From the human T2T-CHM13v2.0 reference genome, Homo sapiens: a stretch of 64,000 bases of DNA. Every line of letters starts with the position of its first letter. Within the stretch, counting starts at the first letter, position 1. Under the pieces are notes generated by a model that saw only the letters and a program-made list of their open reading frames with translations, searched no databases and was not told where the DNA came from. Positions 1 through 15,205 of the stretch are shown here, one piece after another. Position numbers and translations under genes: made by a program. The stretch is from the NCBI RefSeq assembly GCF_009914755.1, contig NC_060927.1; one strand, given 5' to 3'.

Positions 1-172
1 TGGGTGGCTGTATGGCTACTGGACAGAGCAGATATAGAACCCTTACTCACAAGTGGCTACTGAGCACTTGAAATGTGGGTGCTTGTCTGAAGAATGGGAT
101 TTTTAATTGTATTTCATTTTAGCCAATTTAAATTGTCACATATGGCTACCATATTGAACTGCACAGGTCTAG
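1..172. mobile_element. MER3/MER33-like hAT-Charlie fragments
   Basis: gtggctactgagcacttgaaatgtgg and ggctaccatattgaac motifs. Confidence 0.6.
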
Positions 173-1589
173 AGAATAAAATCCGAAGTCTCAGGCACAA
201 CCCAGTTCTCCCTATCTGAGCAGCCTAAATTTTTTGCCAGAATTCATTCAAGTTGGGAATTCCAGCCCTAACAAATGGCTTACAACTCCTTAAACATTGT
301 GCCTACTTCACACCTCCATGCATTTGCATCTGCTGTTCTCTCTGCCTGGAATGTTCTCATACCTTGCCTAAACTCACAAGCTGCCTGTTTCAACAACCCA
401 CTTTCATTAAGTAATAAGTAACTCCAGTGTTACCTCTACTATCAAGGTTTACCAACCACCCCTGCCCATCTCCCCAAATCAGAATTAATCGCACCTTTGC
501 GCATCCAGCACAGACATGCTTAGAGGCCCTTCCAGCACTTATAGCACCGATGTGTCTCCCATCTGCTCCCTCCAAGGGTAAAGGCAGGCTCCTGAAGAGA
601 CAGTCCTGTGTCTATTCCCCTTTGGGTTTCCACTGCCTAGGATTGATTTTAATCATATAAAGCAGTCATTGGATGATGGCTGAAGAAATAAAATTATCAT
701 AGCAGACATATGTCACAGTATGGGTTGTCTTGCATCCAACTTCCTGCCTTATTCTACCTCTGGGACACCCTGGGACATCTCTTTATGTGTGGCCTTGAGA
801 TTTAGGGGAAGTCAAAAAGAAGATCCTCCTCTCACTGCCCTAGTCAATTCTTCCAGGGACTGATGGAACCATGAGAGATGCAGTAATGCCAGAGCAAATA
901 TAGCATTTCTGGGCCTTAGCATTTCTGTTGCCCAATTTGCCAGCAGCTCTAAGATTGGGTCTCCAGTCTCTTGTCAAGCATGCCCTGATGGGCTTCCAAA
1001 GATTTCCTGAGATAGTCAGCTACCTCCTGGTAGTTGGCTACCAAGTGACCTTCATCAGCAGTTATGCAGATAAAGATTCCAGGTCAACGGGGTCCTGCAA
1101 GAGGGGAGGGTATGTCATCCTGTAAGGAGATTTGATGGATGATGGGGTGAACTACTACAATGCACACAGCTGCAGTCGAAGCTAGAGCAAAAGACCCCCA
1201 GCATGCTGGGGAGGACACACCTGAAACTGGAGGGAGGTGAAACTGACGATGCCAGGGGCCTGGCCCATGCCAGCAGGGCAGAGCACCATCCACTCCAGCC
1301 AGGGTGGCTGGGTTAGCTGGGTGACTACATGCTGGGCCATAGTTTGGGCTGAGGGAAAGAAGGTAGGTTACCTTGGAGGTTCCAAATAATGCTGAAAGAT
1401 TGTTTTGATAGGAATTGGGAGACCGGGGGTCATGGTGGGGATCTGGGGTCCTATTGGCAAGTATTTTTGGTTGGATTTCTAGTGTCTTAAATAAACATAC
1501 CTTCAAATACATTGTAAACTGAGAGCTTCGTTCATCTGTTCAACAAAGTTTGTGAAAAGCCTCTTTGTACGAGGGACCATGCATGCCAG

Positions 1590-1952
1590 CACTCTTTCCC
1601 ACCTCCAGCCTTTGCCCAAATTGTGTCGTCTTCCTGGGTTGCTCTTTTTGCCTTGTCTTAGCAGCTCCTACCCATTAGTCACACTCAGCTTAAATGTCAT
1701 TTCCCCACAGAAACCTTCCTTGACACCCAGATTAGATCAGCTGGACCAGATTAAGTCTCCTGGTAGCTCACTTTATAGCACTTACCATAGCTGTAGTTGT
1801 ATAGTTATTCGTGGGGTCATTTGAAGAAAGCCTCTCCTCCTTGCTAGATGGCAGGCTCCACAAAGGCAGGGATGGTGCCTGTCCTGTTAACAGATACATC
1901 CTCAGCACCTCATAGCACAGTGCCTAACACTCAAACATTTGTTGAGTGATGA
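1590..1952. mobile_element. L2 3' end fragment
   Basis: ctcagcttaaatgtcatt…ccttccttgac…tagcacagtgcctaacactcaaacatttgttgagtgatgaa. Confidence 0.7.
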
Positions 1953-1971
1953 ACAAAGGAGAAATGGTACA

Positions 1972-2123
1972 GAGGAAAGGAAGGAGGGAAGGGAGGGAGG
2001 GAGGGAGGGAGGGAGGAAGTAAGGAAAGAAGAAGGAAGGAAGGAAGGAAGGAGAGAGAGAGAAAAGAAGGGAAGATTTCAGAGAAGGAAGGAAGGTGAGA
2101 GAGAGAGAAAAGAAGGGAAGATT
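1972..2123. repeat. Purine-rich (GGAA/GGGA/GA)n low-complexity tract with a ~46-bp duplicated unit
   Basis: ggaaggaagg(a/t)gagagagagaaaagaagggaagatt-like unit occurs twice. Confidence 0.85.
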
Positions 2124-2539
2124 GCTGCATTCCCTCTTGGCCCTCTGTGTGCCCACAGTATGTTACTGTGTGTTACTTGTCCCCACTTATGCTCCTTACT
2201 CTTAAAAGAGGAAATAACAAGTGGCCTCTATAGGCCAAGCACTCGAAGCCCTGGGACCCTGCACCCCTGCCAAGCAGGGTACCACTGCTGTGTCTTAGCC
2301 ATCCTCCTCAACTTCACACCAGGTCCTCTGTAGGGTCCTGGACAAAGACAACTCAAAATAAACTCCCCACTTTCCCAAACTACTGATACAAGGGTGGTAG
2401 GTATCCAGTGTTTTATTCTGAAGCTCAAACATCAGATAATATAAAGACAATATTTCCTTATTAGTATTTTGCACATTACACCTGGGGAGAATGAAGACTT
2501 ATAAAAACTGAGCACTATGTCCACCCAATGTATACCCTG

Positions 2540-2775
2540 AAGAGGATCCTAGACAACACAAAGGACATAGTAGAAAAATTGGCAAAATCTGAAGAGACTT
2601 TGTAGTTTCACTAACAGTATTGTACCAATGTTAATTTCTGAGTTTTGACAAATGTTCCATAGCTATGTATGATATTGACATTTGGGGGAAATAGGTGAAG
2701 GGTATATGGGAACTCTGCATCATGTTTGCAACTTTTGTGTAAATCTAAAATTATTCCAAAATAAAAAGTTAATTT
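2540..2775 (+). mobile_element. L1M 3' end
   Basis: attgtaccaatgttaatttc…gggtatatgggaactct…ctaaaattattccaaaataaaaagtt. Confidence 0.75.
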
Positions 2776-2784
2776 AAGAAAAAA

Positions 2785-3120
<336 letters not shown>

Positions 3121-4659
3121 TTAAAGCACTGCAAGATATAAATTTCTGGGTGAAGAAATGATGGGTGATTTTTACTGCCTTTATTATATTTTCTCTACTT
3201 TTTACAATAACATATATTGCTTTTCAAATTAGGAAAGTATTTTTATTAAAATAATTAAATAGCTTGGTTTAGAAAATGTTCAAGTGTGTGTGATAAGTTG
3301 TGTTTTTAATTGAAAAGACAATGGCACCATTAAGAACAAATTGTAAAAGATATAATAACCCATAATATTACTACCACAACAGAACTGGATTCTCAATTTT
3401 GCATGTAACTGTTCACATGCAAACATAATTCTAAGCTGCACTCGTTGCTGGCTGCCATTCTAACGCTGGTGCCTGCTTGTATTTCCTTCAGATGCAATTA
3501 AAACAGACTGTACAGTGATATACAAATGATAAGTGCTCGAAATGTGCAGCCGTTCATATAGAACAAGTATGCAGAGGTTCTGAAAATGGAGCGCTCAGCC
3601 CTCTCGGCCCCTTCAAGACCTCCTGCCCTCGCCATGAGTAGAGGGAGCATGGTCAGATAGGGGTCTGGGAGGGTCATCCCTTCCTTGCCATTGTCCCAGA
3701 TAACACCCATGTGACACCACTCTGAGCCACAGCTGCCTACTGGGAGTAGAAGAAACTGCCTGAGAGACCTCTAGAGCTGGACATGCAAAATGGGCACTAA
3801 TGGGAGCCTGTTGTTCTGATGTCATTCTAGATACGAGTTTTGGGAGAAAAAAATGGATGGCTCCATCTCCTCTTGCAAAGTGAAGCAGAGAATTAAGTTA
3901 ATTATTCAGAGTCAAACAGCCTTCTTGAGCATCAAACAGGAACCAGAAATCCTGAGGTTTTGCAATGCTGTCTGTCCCTACCTAGCCCTCCCCCATCCCA
4001 TATTCTTATCTTGACCTGAATAACTTTCTCTTGAAGATGTCTCAATGGTTGTGTGAGCTAGTCCAAATCCTGTTAAATGAAAGCTTTCTTCTTTTACCAA
4101 TTTGGGAAACAAAATACCATTTCCCACAAAGAAAACTGACACTTGCCTTGCCTGTCCGAAGAAACTAGCCCTGTCCCATAAATGAGGAAAGCAGCCCTTT
4201 GTCCACTGCAGAATATAAGCAGCTCTGGAGCATCCCTGCAATTTATGACTACACCTGTGTCCCAGGAGAGGGACCAGAGTGACACATTCTCTGTTTGGGG
4301 TGGTGGAGGCCTGGCTTGCCAGGGAACCCTGACCTTGGATCCAGGCCCAACCCAGGATCATTGGCTGCTCCTTGGACACCTGTGCCTGAGACCATGACCT
4401 TGCTCCTCCCGATTCCCCATGCTACTAGAACACTGGGCTCCCACCTAAAACCACCAGCAGTTGCTGATGGGCCAAGTGCCAGGTCCTTGGCCTGGCATCA
4501 AGGTGCCCACCAGGCTCTCTGCTGCTTCTTCCATCAGGCCAGTTCCTTTAACATCCCTTGGCACAACTCCCTCACTTCTACCTCCTCATGTCTGCTCCTC
4601 CTCTTCTGACGTCCTTCCCGCACCCATGAATTTCTACCCATTTCAAAGCCTGACTCAAG

Positions 4660-4970
4660 TCAAGCTTCACAGAAGGGGACCAGCAGCATCAGCTTGCTAC
4701 AAATACAGAATCCTGGGCCCCACCCCAGAACTGCAGCAGTGGAATCGTGCTTTAATTAGCCCCCTAGGTGATTCATGTGCACCCTACAGTGGGAGAGGCA
4801 GCTTTTAAAATGAAATGTTCTCAAAGTGTGGGCCTTGGGCCATCAGCAGCAGAAATCTGTTTGCTGAAAATTCAGGCTCCTGGGTCACACCCCAAACCTG
4901 CAGGAATTAAAATATCTGGGTGTGAAACCCAAGAATCTACATGTTTACCAGATACCCCAAAGTGTTTATT
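4660..4970. mobile_element. MER5-family fragments
   Basis: cagcagcatcagc…cctgggccccaccccagaact and ttctcaaagtgtgg… motifs. Confidence 0.55.
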
Positions 4971-7900
4971 TTGAATTTCATATACAAATTATAAACTGCA
5001 TACATAAAAACCATAAATTGCTATAATAAACCTATTTAATAAATTACTTCAATAATAATTGTGTTGCATTGATTATAAATTATTATACATTGCTATATAG
5101 TTATTGTATGTAAAAATATGTTATTAGCTATTACATGTGATGATTTTTACTTTGTACTTGAAACACATTGGAAAACAGCAAAATGTTTTTGAGATGGCTG
5201 ACTTCTCATTCGACCACTTTAACCTGTAGCTGTCCCGTTCCCAGAACATCTTTCTGTTATTTACACACACACATACATATATTTCCAGAGAACGAAATAC
5301 AATTTATTTTGCATTTGGGTTTTTAGATTACTGTTACTTTTTGTGTCATTCTGCAATTTTATTTTTCTCACTCAACAATGTGCTTGAAGAATGGCCTATG
5401 ATAGAAAGCAGAGGGCTGCCTCATTTTTAGCTGCATGGTGTTTCATTGCATGGATACACATTGTTTAAGCTATTAATGGACACCTAGGTTATTGACAGTT
5501 TTTCTGCTTGCACAAGTATGTAGTGAACATGCTCAAACATACCTCCTTATGCCAAGGTGTGTGGGTTTCTTTAGAGGAGAAACCATGACACGCTGGAAGG
5601 TGGAATTGCTGGTAACGGAGGGCTGAGCATTTTGAATGTTAACAGCTCTTGCCCGCGATCCTTTGCACCTTCAGATTTAATCCCTTTGTTTGGGGGTTGA
5701 TTCACACTAAGTCTGGAATTAAACGTTATGTTTTGGCATCAGAACTTCTGCTCCAAATATGTTCAAATTCACTTCCTTGCACTACTGGTAACAGCTGACA
5801 TTTACTAACCTTTCTAAGCACTGCTCATGACTTCACTCATTTAATCCTCCACCTCAACAGTCCTTTGAAATATTTGAGGGTATTTGCATTACCCTCAGAA
5901 TACAGATGCCAGCCTGAGGCCTTGACCAAGTTTGGACAGCAATGAAATAACAACCCAAGATTCAAAGTCAGTGTCTGCTGCTCTCCCTTGTTTGCTATTC
6001 AGAGTTCTCGGTAAGCCAGGGACCTGATCGGACTGAGGCATCTTAAATGTTGGTTTGAACCCACATATTTATAATGGACTTATCTCAGGAAATTACCAGT
6101 AGGATTTGCACTGTGTCAATCCTATCATATGTTTAAAATATGTACATCAGAGCTTTATCCAAGGCTTATGGAAGGTTTAATAGAGGTTGTAGAGGCAGAG
6201 ACAGAAATTTCTGAGAAGTCATCATAAGCACTATTGAAAACAAAACGAAACGCAGGCAAACATTTTCCATCCATAGGTAAGAATGTGCCCAGGCCTCAGC
6301 ATTCAATTTTCACCTTGTGAAGTTTCTCTGACATGAAACAAAAGGAAGCTGACCTCATCTACCTTCTCTGAATGGAGCTTTCTCATGGTTCTCTGGAGTT
6401 ACATTCAATTCAATATATATTGAATTTAAAAACAGTCCCAGCCCTCAGTGCATCAGGATGCAACTGCACTCAGTCTTTTTATTTTTTTTCCTTTGACACT
6501 TTTTACAGAGAGAAAATGTGTGACTTTTTTGATGAGCAAACAGCCAAAGGTGTTTAGGAAAGGTCTGTCATTTTTCTGGTGGCCAGACACCCCAAACTAA
6601 ATTCATTAACAGCTCTTCTGTTGGGAATTTTAAAATATTCTGTGACCTATATAAATTCCTTGTTATGTCGTCTACTAATATAAGAAAAGTAACTGACATA
6701 CACTGTGGCTACAGATCAAGGAAGCAGCATGGAATCACAGGAAGGAGCTGGGAGATTGTCACCTCACCGTTGAAGACGTAGAAATCCATGTCCTATGCCC
6801 TGCTTCTACCCCTCCCATGAAATGTTCTTTGTTTTTTGTGAATAGTAACAGTTGCTTTTTGAACATTGATTCATTTTCTCTTTAGTTTGACATGTATGTG
6901 TCATTCAGTCAAGTGTTTCTGTATTTTCATAACTTCTAGAAAATATTAGAGGAACACCCGGACAGAGGAACAAGAGTTTGGCTGTGTTTTATGAACAACT
7001 AAGTATAATGAGTGCCATCAGCCACATGCTGGGCTGGTGACCCTAACCTCAAATTAATCAATTCACTTCCTTGCTTCTCAGTTTTCTTTCCCAAAATATC
7101 TAAATACATGACGCAGATTTGTGTCATTCATTCATGCCAGTATACACGACATTGGTTCATCCATATAATAAATATTCATGGAGCCCTTACTCTGCGCCTT
7201 GCATCAATGAAAGGGGCTGGAGCTGCAATGGTAAACAAAATACATGAGATTCCTGTCCTCATAGAACTTAAATTGCAGAGCTATAGAAGCATTGCAGAGG
7301 CAAAAATTCTGTACCAGTCAAAAGCAACACATGCATCTGCTTACAGAGATTTCTTTTTTCCTCTATATCTTAAATCTACAGCTCTTGCATGTCTACACTG
7401 TGTACTGGTGCTTATTCTACAACACCTTGGCAGAAAATGAGCAGCAACCTCCTTGACAGAAAGATATGGCTTAGAGTTTTCATGTCGCCAGTGTTTAGGT
7501 TGATGGGGTAGCTGGCTCTGAGCCCTGAACATAGCCAAGAGTCCCTAGGCTTTCTCCTTTTCCAGGGCCTTTCAGCTGGGGCAGGTTATTGTGAATATCG
7601 AATAAAATGATAATGATGATGATTATGGAACTGATATTTTCCTACCAGAACTAACAATGGGTGAATCTGTTGAGAGGATACTTTAAACAATATTAATGAT
7701 TCGAATGATCCAGTCTTGAGTTTATAGACATTTGCAGACAGTACATTTTATGTTCATTAGACCTCAATTGGTTTAGTCTAGTGACTTTTTCCCCTAGTTT
7801 ATGACCAGAATTAGCAACTCCAGAGAGCTGAATTAGGCCCTTTGGTTGATTTCATTTAGAGTAGGGTTAGATATAGCTCACTGGTTATAAGGAATTATCC

Positions 7901-9809
7901 TGTTTGCAGTCTCAGTTAAGATTCGGGTATTTTAAGGCCCTTCCCTTGGATCTGAGCTTCCATAAATACTCCATCACCTTGAATAACTGAGAGTTTACTT
8001 TTGGGAAATATGGGGATTGTCATGAATAATCCACACCCATCCTCTTTATTGCAGATTGATATCTAGTAATTAGCATCAGGTACAGGCAATAGGCCCTTGT
8101 TGGGTGGGGCCCCAGTACAGATTAGGGATCTGACTTTAGTCATTTTCTGGATGAGTCAGGCTCCCATGTAGCATCAGGAGTGTGTAAATGTCAGAAAATA
8201 AGAGTTCAGCTCTTGCCAGCAACTTTTGTTCCTTTCCCCACTATCCACACCCCTCAATTTTCCTCCATTAAAAGAGGCAGACGTGGATTAGATGAGGAGG
8301 ACAAGTCAAATGACCTCCCCCAGTCATTCCAGAGAAGGTGGCTTCTTAAAGAAAAAAGAAAAAAGGAGGGATGATGGATGCCTGTATAACTCATTGCACT
8401 TCTTATACCAAATCTTTTCACCACTTTCTGAAGACTATGGTTCCTCCCTTTCAACATTATTGACTTAAACCTTGTGGAGAAAAGTTTTGTTGTTGTTGTT
8501 GTTTGTTTGTTTGTTTTAAACACCTTAACAAGTAGGATAGTCTAAATGTAAGGTCTTAACTACTAGACTCTTGAATCTTGAAAGTCACTCATTCAACTAC
8601 TTGGTATATTCACTGAAAAGTGTTTATTGAGTAGCTACCTTGTGTAAGTCACTGGGGATTCAAAGGTAAAAGACTTTCAGTCCCTGTCTTAGAGATGAGC
8701 TTACAAATTGGTGTAAAATTAAGAGATTATTGTAATAGCACATTGGAAGATCCATGACAGATGACTTGTGTTGTGTTATGGGAACGGAAGGTAGAAAATA
8801 GGCCACCCAATCCAGATGGAAGAGTGGAGGATGTGACACTGAAGCTAAGACCTGAGGGTCATGGAAGTAAGCAAGGAAGGTAGGAGATGGGCGTGTGGGT
8901 GTGTAACTTTAGAGGGCTACAAAATTGTGGTTTGTAACTTTAGGGGGCATCAGAAAAAAGATAGGTCTTTCCTGAAGGTGGGCTGGATGGAGTAGCCGAG
9001 TATGACCTCTGACCATAGCCTGGCTCGGAGTAACCAGCAAGGCTTGGAGAAAACCAAGGTTGTTTTCAGTCAGGAGTGGATTGTCAGGCACACAGTGTAT
9101 GGCCATGACTTGGGGGCCAAAAGTCAAGAAACAAGTAAACCAAGTAATTTCCTGGTTTCTTTTCCTTGGTTCAGCAAATTCAAAGCTAGAGCAGAAATAA
9201 AGGAAGAGTGAATGGTTCTGAAAACACGAGTGCCAAGGATTTCGCTTTTATTATTATTATTAAAAACAATACTATGTTTTCTGTGTTATGTAACTACTTA
9301 TAATCTCCCCTGCCTAAAACAATTTCAGTAATGTCTTCTAGAAGGATCCAAAACTATCATGGCAGAGAACACTGAGTTTGTTGTGAGAACTGGGGCTGGG
9401 GTGGGAGGCATTGAAAATGACACATTTGCATTGGTAGAGGAAGGATATTCCCATAAAGAAGACGACTTCTAGAATCAGCAATAAGTAGCATCTGGAATCA
9501 AAAGTAGCACTGGATTAGGAACCAGGAGTTATAGTTCTTGGGAATGGTTCTTATTCTAATGAATTGCATCATAGCTCAGGAACTTAACCCTTTAGGGTTT
9601 CAGTCTCTACAGATATAAAACATAATGAATTGGGTTCTGTTTATATATTCCCCAAATATGTATTGAGCACCTACTATGTGTTAACACCATCCTAGATGTG
9701 GGGAACGCAGAGAATTATAGGAATTGATTCTTGGTCCTTGGTAGGAGATGGGAGGACAGCTCACAGCCTGGTGGAAGAGGATGAATAAGCTGTTAAAAGT
9801 CCATGGGAA

Positions 9810-10122
9810 GGCCAGGCCCAGTGGCTCACGCCTGTAATCCCAGCACTCTGGGAGGCCGAGGCAGGCAGATCACTTGAGGCCAGGAGTTTGAGACCAGCCT
9901 GGTCAACATGGCTCGTCTCTACTAAAAATACAAGTTAGCCAGGCATAGTGGTGCATGCTTGTAATCCCAGCTACTCTGGAGGCTGAGGCAGGAGAATCAC
10001 TTGAATCTGGGAAGCAGAGGTTGCAGTCAGCTGACCTTGAGCCACAGCACTCTACCCTGGGTGACAGAGCGAGACTCCATCTCAAACAAACAAACAAAAA
10101 ACAGCAACAAAACAAAAGAAAA
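9810..10122 (+). mobile_element. Alu
   Basis: Full dimer with (AAAC)n-like tail; degenerate TSD …atgggaag. Confidence 0.93.
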
Positions 10123-10732
10123 GATGTCAATGGGAAGAGCAAAGTGCTCTTGGGAATACATGGAGCAGAGGAGAAAACCATCCTGGGGAGTCCCACAGGT
10201 GGACAAGAACACGGATGTATGCTGGGCAAAAGGACTCGTAAAATCCTACGCTTTATAGGTACATAGTATTGCTTTATATCCTAGTTTTGTGAATATAGCA
10301 TTTGTTTTAGCTTTTATGAAAATAACACTGTGAAGAAAGGAAATATAATTCAGGGGCTTTGACAGGATTTTTTTATTGCTTTTTCATTTCGCTGCTATTA
10401 CCATCTAGAATACAGGAAGAAAAAATAATCACCAGTTAAAAAACTTTTTATACAAAATGTTCAGCTATGTATAAAAGTGGAGAAAAATTATAATAAACCC
10501 CTTTCTGTGTCACCCAATTTTGTTTCCTCCCTACTCTACCACACACAATATTTGCTGAAATATTTTAAAGCAAATTCCAGAAATCATTTCATGTCATCCG
10601 GAAATATTTAAGTAAGTATCTCTATCCGATAATAACTTTGTAAAAATATAACTACACTACCATTATTATGGGACATAATACTCAGAACTTATTAAAATTG
10701 TCCTAATTAGCTCAAATAATATTTTTATTTAA

Positions 10733-11097
<365 letters not shown>

Positions 11098-11107
11098 TAT
11101 TCTCTCA

Positions 11108-11683
<576 letters not shown>

Positions 11684-11689
11684 TTCTTT

Positions 11690-11900
11690 TTTAACTTAAG
11701 ATTGAGGGGGTACATGTGCAGGTTTGTTACATGGGTATATTGCATGATGCTGAGGTTTGGGCTTCTAATGATCCCATCTCCCAAGTAGTGAACATAGTAC
11801 CCAATAGGTAGTTTTTTTCAATCCTGGCTCCCCTCCCTCCATCCCCCTTTAGGAATCCTCAGTGTTCATTGTTCCTATCTTTGTGTCCATGTGTACCCAA
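11690..11900 (-). mobile_element. Older primate L1 (L1PA/PB) 3' end
   Basis: gggggtacatgtgcaggtttgttacatgggtatattgcatgatgctgaggtttgg is an antisense L1P 3'UTR end. Confidence 0.85.
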
Positions 11901-12744
11901 TAAACAATGTATTTTACTGAAAAGACTCTTAAGTCTCTTTTACTTTACAAGTCTTTCCCCTTCCACCTTCCCCCTTTTTATGCCATTCACATGAGGAGGG
12001 AGAGAAAGGAGTCATTTTTCCTGTAGAATATCTCACATGCTAAATTTATCTGATTGTTTCTTCTTGAAGTCATTTAGCTTGATCATCCATTTCTGGTAAA
12101 CTGGATTCAATTCTTCTTAAAACAGTTTTTTGGCTAGAAAACTTAATAGGAGATGGTGTGTACCTTCTGATGTATCACATCCTAAGGGACATATCCGATT
12201 GTTCCATTTTTAGAGATGTAAAAATTGAGCAATGTGTTCAAGTGTTCTTAGCCTGATCCATCCATTATTAACAGTTCTCTGTCATCCTTTTACCTAATGG
12301 TTATTGATGGTCATTGACTAGATTCATTATTTCATTACATGCTGTGAAGTGGTGATTTTCTAGTTCTATCATTCCTTCTGTCTTTATTAGCTGGGATGCT
12401 TCCTTAAAGAACTTATCATCTCTTTGGTTACTCTGAAATACAGTTCATACAGGAAAGGCAGGAGAATTGCTTGACCTTTCCCTTTATGTATCCATTTTCA
12501 ACAAATTTTAATTCATTGTAGGTTTTTTTAATGCTCAGATTATCCCCTCCTTGGCCAGTGGAAGGCCCTTCAACTTGGCTCCTGTGCTGTTTTGATCTGA
12601 TCCCAATAGTCTCTGATACCTCCCGTGCTTTCAGGAACTAAAAGCATCCACAGTTTCTTTCTGAGGCATTAATTAGACTTGGAAAACCCTTGCTGTACTC
12701 CCTACCCCCACCCTTTTGCCTATCCATGACAAGTAATGGTTTAT

Positions 12745-13140
12745 ATTAGTTGTATCCATTAGGAATGCTTTCAGCTATAAGGAAGCATAATGAACAGAGT
12801 TCTCTATTTATTCACAGAACAAAACGTCTGAAGCAGGCAGCTGTTAGCATTAGTTCAGCCGCTCTTGATGTCCAGAGCCAGTGTGGCTGTGCTTCTCCCA
12901 GCCACTCCTTCATGGCTTCAACATGGCAGCTCCTATTCCAGGCATCATGCCCACCATCAGGGCAGGAGGACAGGGGAAGGCCAGAACCAGCTGCAGCTGT
13001 CCCTTTGTATGAGAAAAACAAAAGCTTTCCACAAACCCTTTCCCTTGCCCCACAGTTGAATTCCATCTGGATCTATTGGCTAGAACCAGATTCTATGGCC
13101 ACCTCTATTTACAAAAAAGCATAGGAAAATGAGCAATTAG
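12745..13140. mobile_element. Old MLT1-type MaLR LTR remnant
   Basis: ttaggaatgctttcagctataagg…atggcagctcctattccaggcatca…tattggctagaacc…atggccacctcta resembles old MLT1 consensus. Confidence 0.55.
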
Positions 13141-13216
13141 TTTTGCTGGTCTCTACAGTCCAGGCAAGGGAGTGGGGTTTGAGAGTGAATATAGGGCTAC
13201 TGTTTCTGGGAGCCCT

Positions 13217-13313
13217 AATAATAAAACCAGGGTAAGGCAAGTAGATTCTGGGACCAAGACCAGATTCTGGTCTTGGTCCCAGAATCTACTTGCCTTACCC
13301 TGGTTTTGTTATT
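13217..13313. repeat. Long inverted repeat: perfect 42-bp arms (13223-13264 / 13266-13307) with a 1-nt spacer
   Basis: aaaaccagggtaaggcaagtagattctgggaccaagaccaga T tctggtcttggtcccagaatctacttgccttaccctggtttt; extends 5 more bp past one T/G mismatch. Confidence 0.97.
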
Positions 13314-14364
13314 GTCAATGTTACATGTGTAACACTTCCTAATTTTGAAGCAGAGTAGAAAAGTTAAAGAGAATTGTGATCTGGAAATTAGTAAAGCTTT
13401 ATTTTCAAGACCACCTAAGGAAGTAAGCATCAGCTGTTTTGACCTCCAGGCCCCAGTGCTTCAGCTCAGCTCTGTTCAGTTATTGGATGCCAAGTCCAAT
13501 GGCTGGGTCTGCACTGTCCAGTGTCCCGTTTCCTCCTGTCTCTAAAGGGATGGATCAATCTCACCCTCATCAAAACACACACTTCATTTGAGCTACAGTG
13601 ATTCCTCGTGATGGTGGAATACCTCATGGCCACAGTTTCACCAGAGGCTGTCCAGCCTTCACACTGTTTTGGTAAAGAGCAAGGCAAATGTTCAGCAGCA
13701 CTCAGTACTGATGATAAAACACTAAGCTTATTCTGCACCAACTGATAAATGGCCACTGCCTGGAGCCCCCAAGTCCTTGGTTATCCCCGCTCCTCTTGGA
13801 AGTCCAGACAAGACCTCCTCTCAATCCAACAGCTAAGGGTGAAGGCCTGGCCTGGTGGGGACCCTAGGACTCTACTCTAGCCAGCACTAGGGCCATCTAC
13901 TTTGTGTCCATCCATTTAGGGGTCATATGGCTCCAATTTTTAAAGTGTCTTGAATACTTTCCATGAGAAAGAAACCTTGTCACTATTCTTTCCTGTCATT
14001 TCTCTTGACCTTCCCTGTCTCAAGGACAAATGGGTAATTAATGATAACAAACTCAAGGAATGGAGGTGGATAATTTCATCACTGATAGTCTTGGTTTCTT
14101 CAAAGCTAATTCATAAATTTCTTATTAGAAAATTTGAGCTGCTCTGATACTGTTTTTTTTTTCCTTTAATATTCCTACTGCAAGTAAAAAAAGTCAGCCA
14201 CAGAAGAACCCACTTGTATGATCCCATGTATATGAAGTTGAAGAAGAGGCAGCACTAATCTGTGTTGTAAGAAATCAGGTAGTGGTTACCCTGGTTGGGA
14301 TACTCATGAGGAGGAAGCACAGAAGGCTTCTTGGGTGCTGGTTTTGCTCTTTTTTCATGATCTG

Positions 14365-14620
14365 AGTGTAGAGACTGATAGTCCATTAACCCAGTATCAC
14401 CCTCCTCTTTTCTCCTTTCTATCAGAACGCTGATTTCCTTGTTGGAGCTGGGGTGGCATGTGATTGAGCTGAAAACTATATTTCCCCATCTTCTTTGGAA
14501 GTAGGGCTGGTCATTTGACACTCTTTTGGCCAATGAGATGAGATGCAAGTGAAAGTTCTTGATGGGACTTCCAGGAAATCTTCAGGTGGACAGGCTTTGT
14601 GGCCAGTGTCCTTCACCCTT
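14365..14620. mobile_element. MLT1-type LTR fragment
   Basis: ctatatttcccc…gtagggctggtcatttgacactcttttggccaatgagatg motif typical of MLT1. Confidence 0.55.
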
Positions 14621-14800
14621 CCCTAAGTACACTAAAGAATACATTGCCATCAGCCTTGGTCATCCCAAATGTCCATTTATGTGCTCATGTGTAAAAATCT
14701 CCCACGTGTTGCCTGTTCACTCATTCAACTAATACTGAGCACTTACTACCAGTTAGGTTGTGCTGATCAGGTGTTACGGATTCAGATGTTCCAAAGCCAG

Positions 14801-15205
14801 TGCATTAGTTCATTCTCACACTGCTACAAGAAATACCTGAGACTGGGAAATTTATAAAGAAAACAGGTTTCATTGGCTCATGGTTCTGCAGGCTGTACAG
14901 GAAGCATGATGGCTTCTGAGGAGGCCTCAGGAAACTTTCAATCATGGTGGAAGGCCCAGGGGAAGCAGGCATGTCTTACATGGCCGGAGCAGGAGGAAGA
15001 GAGACGGGGGAGGTGCTACACACTTTTAAACTGCCAGATCTCGTGTGAACTCTGTCAGGAGAACAGGACTATGGGGATGTGCTGAACCATTAGAAACCGC
15101 CCCCGTGATCCAATCACCTCCTACCAGGCCCCACCTCCAACTTTGGGGATTACAATTCGACATGAAATTTGGGTTTGGGTAGGGACACAAATCCAAACCA
15201 TATCA
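14801..15205 (-). mobile_element. MST-type (MSTA-like) MaLR solo LTR
   Basis: tgcattagttcattctcacactgct…gggacacaaatccaaaccatatca with a perfect 5-bp TSD GCCAG (14796-14800 / 15206-15210). Confidence 0.88.
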
